Origin: Candidatus Eiseniibacteriota bacterium | Lineage (GTDB): Bacteria > Eisenbacteria > RBG-16-71-46 | Reading direction: 5' to 3' | DNA: 11,111 nt | Assembly (NCBI GenBank): GCA_031366795.1 | Contig: JANLOX010000286.1 | Location: 1-11,111 of the forward strand | Shown here: one piece after another, positions 6,589 through 11,111 of the stretch | Numbering within the stretch: the first letter of the stretch is position 1 | Layout: every line of letters starts with the position of its first letter | Program-made: the position numbers and the translations under genes | Notes under the pieces: generated by a model | The model's database searches: none | What the model was told of the DNA's origin: nothing | What the model saw: only the letters and a program-made list of their open reading frames with translations

Positions 6589-6624
6589 ACCGCTGAATGC
6601 CCGCCCGCGCGAGACGTTGCGCCG

Positions 6625-7176
6625 CTACTTCATCCCCTTCAGCGCCAGCTGCAGCTTGCCGAATGACACCGAATCGCGCGGGCTGTACATCATGTCGCTG
6701 TAGGCGATCTTGCCCTTCGGGTCCACGACGAACACCGTTCGGCGGTCGTGGCCGTTGGCTTCGTTGTAGCTGCCATAGAGTTTTGCGACCGCGTGATCGT
6801 GGTCCGAGGCGAGGCGGAACGGCAGGTTGTTGGCCTTGGCCCATGCCTGGTGCGAGTTCACGTAGTCGCCGCTGATGGCGATGACGTCGGCATTCAATGC
6901 GCCGAACGAGGTGAAATTGTCGCGGAGCGAACAGGCCTCTTTCGTGCAGCCGCCACTCCAGTCGGCGGGGTAAAACGCGAGCACGATGTTCTGCTTGCCG
7001 ATGATCGCCGACAGTTTGAGATCGTCGCCGGCGATCGAATCGCGCGTGGCGTAGGGCAGCGAGAATTCGGGCGCGGTATCGCCGACCTTCGGGGCGGCGA
7101 CGGAGGTGGGCTCGGCGAAGGCGGTGAGGGCGACGAGCAGAGAGACTGCGGAGATTCCGGAAAATAGCGATTTCAT
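6625..7176 (-). CDS. Peroxiredoxin (AhpC/TSA family, BCP/PrxQ- or AhpE-like) with signal peptide, 183 aa
   Basis: Start reassigned to ATG 7176-7174 with GGAG Shine-Dalgarno. Signal peptide MKSLFSGISAVSLLVALTAFA. Motifs KVGDTAPEFSL, active site FYPADWSGGCTKEAC (PxxxSxxC plus CxxxxC) and RRTVFVVDPKGKI with the conserved Arg. Confidence 0.9.
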   Translation of the reverse strand: MKSLFSGISAVSLLVALTAFAEPTSVAAPKVGDTAPEFSLPYATRDSIAGDDLKLSAIIGKQNIVLAFYPADWSGGCTKEACSLRDNFTSFGALNADVIAISGDYVNSHQAWAKANNLPFRLASDHDHAVAKLYGSYNEANGHDRRTVFVVDPKGKIAYSDMMYSPRDSVSFGKLQLALKGMK

Positions 7177-7333
7177 GGGAACTCCCGGATCGGGGGAAGC
7201 GCGTGAGGGCCCGTGGGTTGCTCGCGGCGAGGCTATCCGCCCTTGAATCGCAGGTCCAGTCCGGACGAGCACATGCCAGAGCAACACTCCCTGGCGAGCG
7301 AGACGTTGCCGCCCGCAATCATACCGGGCCCCC

Positions 7334-8356
7334 TCAAGTGCCCCATTCCACCGAGAAGCCGCGCGTGTCGACATGCATGAATGGCCCATGCCCGGGGCTC
7401 GCCGCATAAGTCCCGAGACCGCCGAGCAGGCCGGCGAATTCAGGGGTGCCCTGCAGGTCGTTCACGATCGATCCGAGGACGCGGGCGTCCGCGATCGTGT
7501 GGCGGCCGTCGTGGTTCAGGTCGTCCATCAGGCCGTCGCAATCTTCATCCACGAACACGTCCGCCGCATCACCGTACTCGTGGCGGCTGAAGATCGTCAC
7601 ATTGCCTATCGCGGCATTGTACGAGGGTGTGCGGTAGGCGCTCATGATCGAGAACGAGCGCGCCGGGATGCCGCGATCGTTCACGGTCGCGAGCAATTGT
7701 TCGAGCTTGGCGAGCAACGGTTCGCGAAGTACGAGGTACCGGGGGAAGTCGCTCGACTGCTTGCACACGAATTGCCCCAGCGTGAAGTGCGGCGAGACCT
7801 GCGTGTCGAGCAATTCGGGAGTGACTTGGACGAAACCGAGAGGGCGGGCGTACTCGGCCTCGTAGCCGCGACGGGGGTTCGGGTATGCGCCGATGCGATA
7901 TCCGTTCAACGATCCCCGGTGCATCGCCGAATACGGGGTCATGACGAACACGTTAAGGGTGATGAGCGCGCCGGTGCGCGGGTCTCGCACCAACATCGGG
8001 TAAAGCCCGGGCATCGAGGGAGCCACCCAGTCCCAGCGGTTCAGGCCTTGTGCGTGGGTGTTGCCGCCGGATGCCACGAGCTCGTAGCCGGCTGGGGGTG
8101 GGGCGGGAGTTCTGGCATCGCCGCTGAGGTTGTCCCGGGCTTCGATGGGCACTCGTTCACCCGGCAGAACGAACATCGCCATGACTCGGAGTTCGGTGGA
8201 GGCCTCCCCGAAACGCACCTCGAAACCGGCTTTTTGGGGCGAGAATGCCGCTACAAGGACCGAGTCGACGACCGGGATGGAGCCAAGGCTCGCCGCCGTG
8301 TCATGGGCGGCTGGTGAGAACTGTGCAATGAGAGCCAGGATCAGGGTCCATACCAT
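7334..8356 (-). CDS. Secreted peptidase M15 family Zn metallopeptidase (D-Ala-D-Ala carboxypeptidase/MepK-like fold), 340 aa
   Basis: N-terminal signal-like segment. Motifs SPHFTLGQFVCK, IMSAYRTPSYNAAIG, SRHEYGDAAD (His and Asp zinc ligands) and FMHVDTRG (third ligand). Confidence 0.88.
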   Translation of the reverse strand: MVWTLILALIAQFSPAAHDTAASLGSIPVVDSVLVAAFSPQKAGFEVRFGEASTELRVMAMFVLPGERVPIEARDNLSGDARTPAPPPAGYELVASGGNTHAQGLNRWDWVAPSMPGLYPMLVRDPRTGALITLNVFVMTPYSAMHRGSLNGYRIGAYPNPRRGYEAEYARPLGFVQVTPELLDTQVSPHFTLGQFVCKQSSDFPRYLVLREPLLAKLEQLLATVNDRGIPARSFSIMSAYRTPSYNAAIGNVTIFSRHEYGDAADVFVDEDCDGLMDDLNHDGRHTIADARVLGSIVNDLQGTPEFAGLLGGLGTYAASPGHGPFMHVDTRGFSVEWGT

Positions 8357-8452
8357 GCACCGAGTTCGATGCCCGGTATTCTCAGACGACCCTTGCTTTG
8401 GCCACGGGAGACGTCAGGAATAATTGACGCAAGTGGGCTCTTGATATGGCCC

Positions 8453-10066
8453 TTACGGTCGCCGGCGAATCCCCGGGCGATCCAGCGCCGCCAGCAGCGG
8501 CGGGTCGAGGCCGTAAATGTCGTCCGCGTAACGCACCTCATCCGAGGCGCCGACGCTGACCGTCCAGTAGACGATCAGGATCGGCAGCGGGTGCTGGAGC
8601 GTCACGTAATGGGTGGAATCGGTCGCGACCGCAGCTTCGATTCGGTCCGCATCCCAGCTCTGGTCCTGCAGCAGGATCTTCGCGAGCTCGAGCGGATGTT
8701 CGAGACGGATGCACCCATGGCTGAACGTGCGCTTGTCCGCCTCGAACAAGTTGCGGTGCGGCGTGTCGTGCAGGTAGATCGCGTACTTGTTCGGGAACAG
8801 GAATTTGACCTGGCCCAGGGCATTGTCTTCGCCCGCCGGCTGGCGGATCGAATAGGGGAAGGTCGCGGGGGTCGCCTTATCCCAGTCGATCGATTTGGGA
8901 TCGACGACCTTGTTGTTGCGGTCATACATCACCAGCCCCTGCTGGGTGAGCACGTCCTTGCCCGAGCGCATGTCCAGCAGGATTTCTTTCTCGAGGATGG
9001 TGGGCGGCACAGTCCAGTCGGGATTGAACACGACCGTCCTGATGTTCGCGCGGAACGTCGGTGTCTGCATTGCTTCCTGGCCGATCTGGGTGCGCGACTC
9101 CCACACATTCTTGTTGCCGCGGATCAGGTAGGCCTTGAACGCGGGCAGGTTCACCAGCATGAAGTCATCCTGGAGCCCGCCGAGCACCCAGCGCGCGCGC
9201 TCGAGATTCACCCGCACCTGGGCAATTCGCGCCTTCGTGCCCACGTTCATCGCGTCGATCGTCGCGCGGTCGATCGTGCCCTCGCCCAGGAGCCGATGCC
9301 GCGCCTTGAACTGTTCCACCGCGCCCGCCAGCGTGTCGTCGTAACGCGCAGAGTCGCGGGGCGCGCTGCCGTCGAGGTCGCCGCCGATCAGCAATCGCCG
9401 CCGCACCTGTGCGACGCGTGGATCGATGACCCCGGGCCGTAGTTCCTTGCCGCGTCCCAGCGTCGGCCAGCCGCCCGCCGTATCGATGCGCTGGAGCTGC
9501 GCGAGCGTCTCCACGAGCCCGCGATAGATGAAGTGGTCCGGTCGCTGGGATTGGATTGCCTTGGGGATAGAACCGGCCCCCGCGATGACCGCGAGCGTGC
9601 TGTCGAGCGGGGAGGCATCATCGCGCGGATCCGCGGTCCATTCGGGATTGACCTGCGAGGGCTGGACTCGGCCGAAGCGAACATCGTCCGCCATGTTCGC
9701 CACAGCATCCGCGAGCAATACGTCCAGCGTGGCTTCGTCCGTAGCCGTCCCGTTGGAAGCATGGCGCTTCTCGAGCAGCGAGCGGATCGCGTTGAGATGG
9801 TAATCGCCCGGGTTGAGCCCATCCGCCGCCATGCCCTGGATCGCCACGACGACATCGTCCGCACGGTCGAGCCACGCCGGCTTCGAGTCGCGAGCTTTGT
9901 AGAATTGTTCGACCGCGGCTCGTTCCGCGATCGCCTCGCCACCCACTCGAGCGGCTCCCCGCAATGCGATGATCTGTCGGGCGATTTCCGGGGCGTCAGA
10001 ACCCCTCCCACACCCTTGAATGGCGCACGCGAGACACAACAGGGTAACCAGCACACTCGATCTCAT
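8453..10066 (-). CDS. ldtD: YcbB/LdtD-like L,D-transpeptidase (scaffold + PG-binding + YkuD domain), putative lipoprotein, 537 aa
   Basis: GGAG Shine-Dalgarno; signal ending IQGC. DGLNPGDYH scaffold motif; AVEQFKARHRL PG-binding motif; VNLERARW, VNLPAF, NPDWTVP, NALGQVKFLFPN; catalytic IYLHDTP...FSHGCIRL. Confidence 0.93.
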   Translation of the reverse strand: MRSSVLVTLLCLACAIQGCGRGSDAPEIARQIIALRGAARVGGEAIAERAAVEQFYKARDSKPAWLDRADDVVVAIQGMAADGLNPGDYHLNAIRSLLEKRHASNGTATDEATLDVLLADAVANMADDVRFGRVQPSQVNPEWTADPRDDASPLDSTLAVIAGAGSIPKAIQSQRPDHFIYRGLVETLAQLQRIDTAGGWPTLGRGKELRPGVIDPRVAQVRRRLLIGGDLDGSAPRDSARYDDTLAGAVEQFKARHRLLGEGTIDRATIDAMNVGTKARIAQVRVNLERARWVLGGLQDDFMLVNLPAFKAYLIRGNKNVWESRTQIGQEAMQTPTFRANIRTVVFNPDWTVPPTILEKEILLDMRSGKDVLTQQGLVMYDRNNKVVDPKSIDWDKATPATFPYSIRQPAGEDNALGQVKFLFPNKYAIYLHDTPHRNLFEADKRTFSHGCIRLEHPLELAKILLQDQSWDADRIEAAVATDSTHYVTLQHPLPILIVYWTVSVGASDEVRYADDIYGLDPPLLAALDRPGIRRRP

Positions 10067-10123
10067 CAGGGCTCCAGGGAAGAAGGGATGCCCTCGGATC
10101 GGGCAGACATCGCGGTGCCTCTC

Positions 10124-10139
10124 TGCAAGGAGCGGTCCA
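10124..10139 (-). promoter_or_regulatory. Candidate sigma54 (-24/-12) promoter upstream of the L,D-transpeptidase
   Basis: Minus strand TGGACCGCTCCTTGCA: exact GG-N10-GC spacing, with TGG, G at position 7 and TTGCA matching TGGCACG-N4-TTGCW at all but two positions; 57 nt upstream of ATG 10066. Confidence 0.45.
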
Positions 10140-10175
10140 TTGACGCGCGAATCCGGCGCTGCCCCGGACAGGCGT

Positions 10176-10198
10176 GCGGCATCGAGCCCAGATGCCGC
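10176..10198 (-). other. GC-rich stem-loop just downstream of the malG-like gene
   Basis: GCGGCATC-N7-GATGCCGC perfect 8-bp stem 10 nt after the TAG; no U-tract. A second 5-bp stem TCCGG/CCGGA lies at 10152-10168. Confidence 0.5.
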
Positions 10199-10208
10199 GG
10201 GCCGCGTG

Positions 10209-11051
10209 CTACCCCTTGACCCCGCCCAATGACAGCCCGCTCACCAGGTACTTGTTGAGCGCGATGAATAGCACCATCACCGGCACGCACACCAGTAAGC
10301 TGCCGGCGGCGTAGTTCGCCCATTCGGTCTGGAATACACCGGCCAGGCTCTCGAGCCCCAGCGGTAACGTGTAGAGCTCCTGGCTGCTGATGATGATACG
10401 GGCGACCAGGAACTCGGACCACGCGGTCATGAACGAGAACAGCGCGGTGATCGCGAGCGCGGGTGCGGCCAGCGGCAACGTGACGCGCACGAACGCGTCC
10501 CACGGCGTGCAGCCGTCGATCAACGCAGCCTGCTCAAGCTCCACCGGGATGGTGTCGTAGTAGCCGCGCAGCGTCCACACGCAGAACGGGAGTGCTGTCG
10601 CGGTGTAGGCGACGACGAGGCCGGTGAAGGTGTCGAGCAGGTGGAACGTCTTCATCAGCACATAAAGCGGCAGCATCAGCATCGTGGCGGGGAACAACTG
10701 CGTGAGCAGGAACGCGTACAGCCCGGAGCGCCAGCCCGGAAAGCGGTAGCGCGAGAACGCGTACGCGGTCGTGGAGGCCAGGGTCACGCCGAAGATCGTC
10801 ACGGTGATGGCGATCAAGCAGGAGTTGCGCAGCCATAGCAGGAAGTCCTTCTCGAACAGGATCCGGTAGTACGCCCTGAGTGTGGCGTGCTCGGGGATCA
10901 GCGCGAGCGAGGTGGAATACAGCTGGTCGGAGGGGCGCAGCGAGACGGTGATGATCTGCAGGATGGGGTAGACGGTCATGACGCAGCACAGCAGCAGGAA
11001 GGCGTGCGTGATCACCGAGAGGATCTGGCGGCGCGTGCGGTCGCGGCTCAT
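10209..11051 (-). CDS. malG: Carbohydrate ABC transporter permease, MalG-like (maltose/maltodextrin type), 280 aa
   Basis: Multiple transmembrane segments; WLRNS; AYAFSRYRFPG; EAA loop YYDTIPVELEQAALIDGCT; C-terminus WANYAAGSLL...YLVSGLSLGGVKG characteristic of MalG-type permeases. Substrate is inferred. Confidence 0.88.
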   Translation of the reverse strand: MSRDRTRRQILSVITHAFLLLCCVMTVYPILQIITVSLRPSDQLYSTSLALIPEHATLRAYYRILFEKDFLLWLRNSCLIAITVTIFGVTLASTTAYAFSRYRFPGWRSGLYAFLLTQLFPATMLMLPLYVLMKTFHLLDTFTGLVVAYTATALPFCVWTLRGYYDTIPVELEQAALIDGCTPWDAFVRVTLPLAAPALAITALFSFMTAWSEFLVARIIISSQELYTLPLGLESLAGVFQTEWANYAAGSLLVCVPVMVLFIALNKYLVSGLSLGGVKG

Positions 11052-11111
11052 CCCTTGGACTCCACCATCTTGGTCCGGCGCAGCGTGAACACCACGAAGC
11101 CGAACAGCAGC
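11048..11111 (-). CDS. 3' end of upstream sugar ABC permease (MalF-like), partial
   Basis: Reads LLFGFVVFTLRRTKMVESKG*: last transmembrane helix plus basic tail. Its TGA overlaps the malG ATG as ATGA, the usual malF-malG order. Confidence 0.65.
   Translation of the reverse strand, partial: LLFGFVVFTLRRTKMVESKG

Noticed and set aside
6931..6969. Possible selenocysteine peroxiredoxin
   Set aside because: Both active-site residues are ordinary Cys codons and there is no in-frame TGA.
8412..8429. CGTCA-N8-TGACG palindrome in the AT-rich spacer between ldtD and the M15 gene
   Set aside because: Only 5-bp arms, a single copy and no convincing associated promoter; it could be an operator but is not supportable.
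1..11111. CRISPR arrays, tRNA/rRNA genes, IS elements, integrases, glycoside hydrolase catalytic domains
   Set aside because: No regularly spaced repeats, RNA-gene signatures, transposase or recombinase motifs, or GH13-type catalytic motifs were recognised by eye.

Overview
GC-rich bacterial window from a diderm; the FlgD-Ig/T9SS-like C-terminal domains and PorV-type barrel suggest an FCB-related lineage such as Candidatus Eisenbacteria (inference). Left: a translationally coupled minus-strand operon (secreted DOMON/CBM9-like + FlgD-Ig protein, then a PorV/PorQ-like barrel, then an uncharacterised secreted probable beta-barrel running off the window). It is divergent from an 839-aa secreted protein with a related DOMON-like domain, an Ig domain, three CBM20-like repeats and a T9SS-type C-terminal domain. 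Middle: an unannotated, decayed MNT-HEPN toxin-antitoxin remnant. Right (minus strand): end of a MalF-like permease, MalG-like permease, YcbB/LdtD-like L,D-transpeptidase, M15 metallopeptidase and a signal-peptide-bearing peroxiredoxin. The leading hypothesis is an alpha-glucan capture and uptake locus with no SusC/SusD in the window. A perfect 18-bp in-frame inverted repeat shared by the two divergent genes brackets their promoters. All family assignments are from motif recognition by eye; no searches were run.
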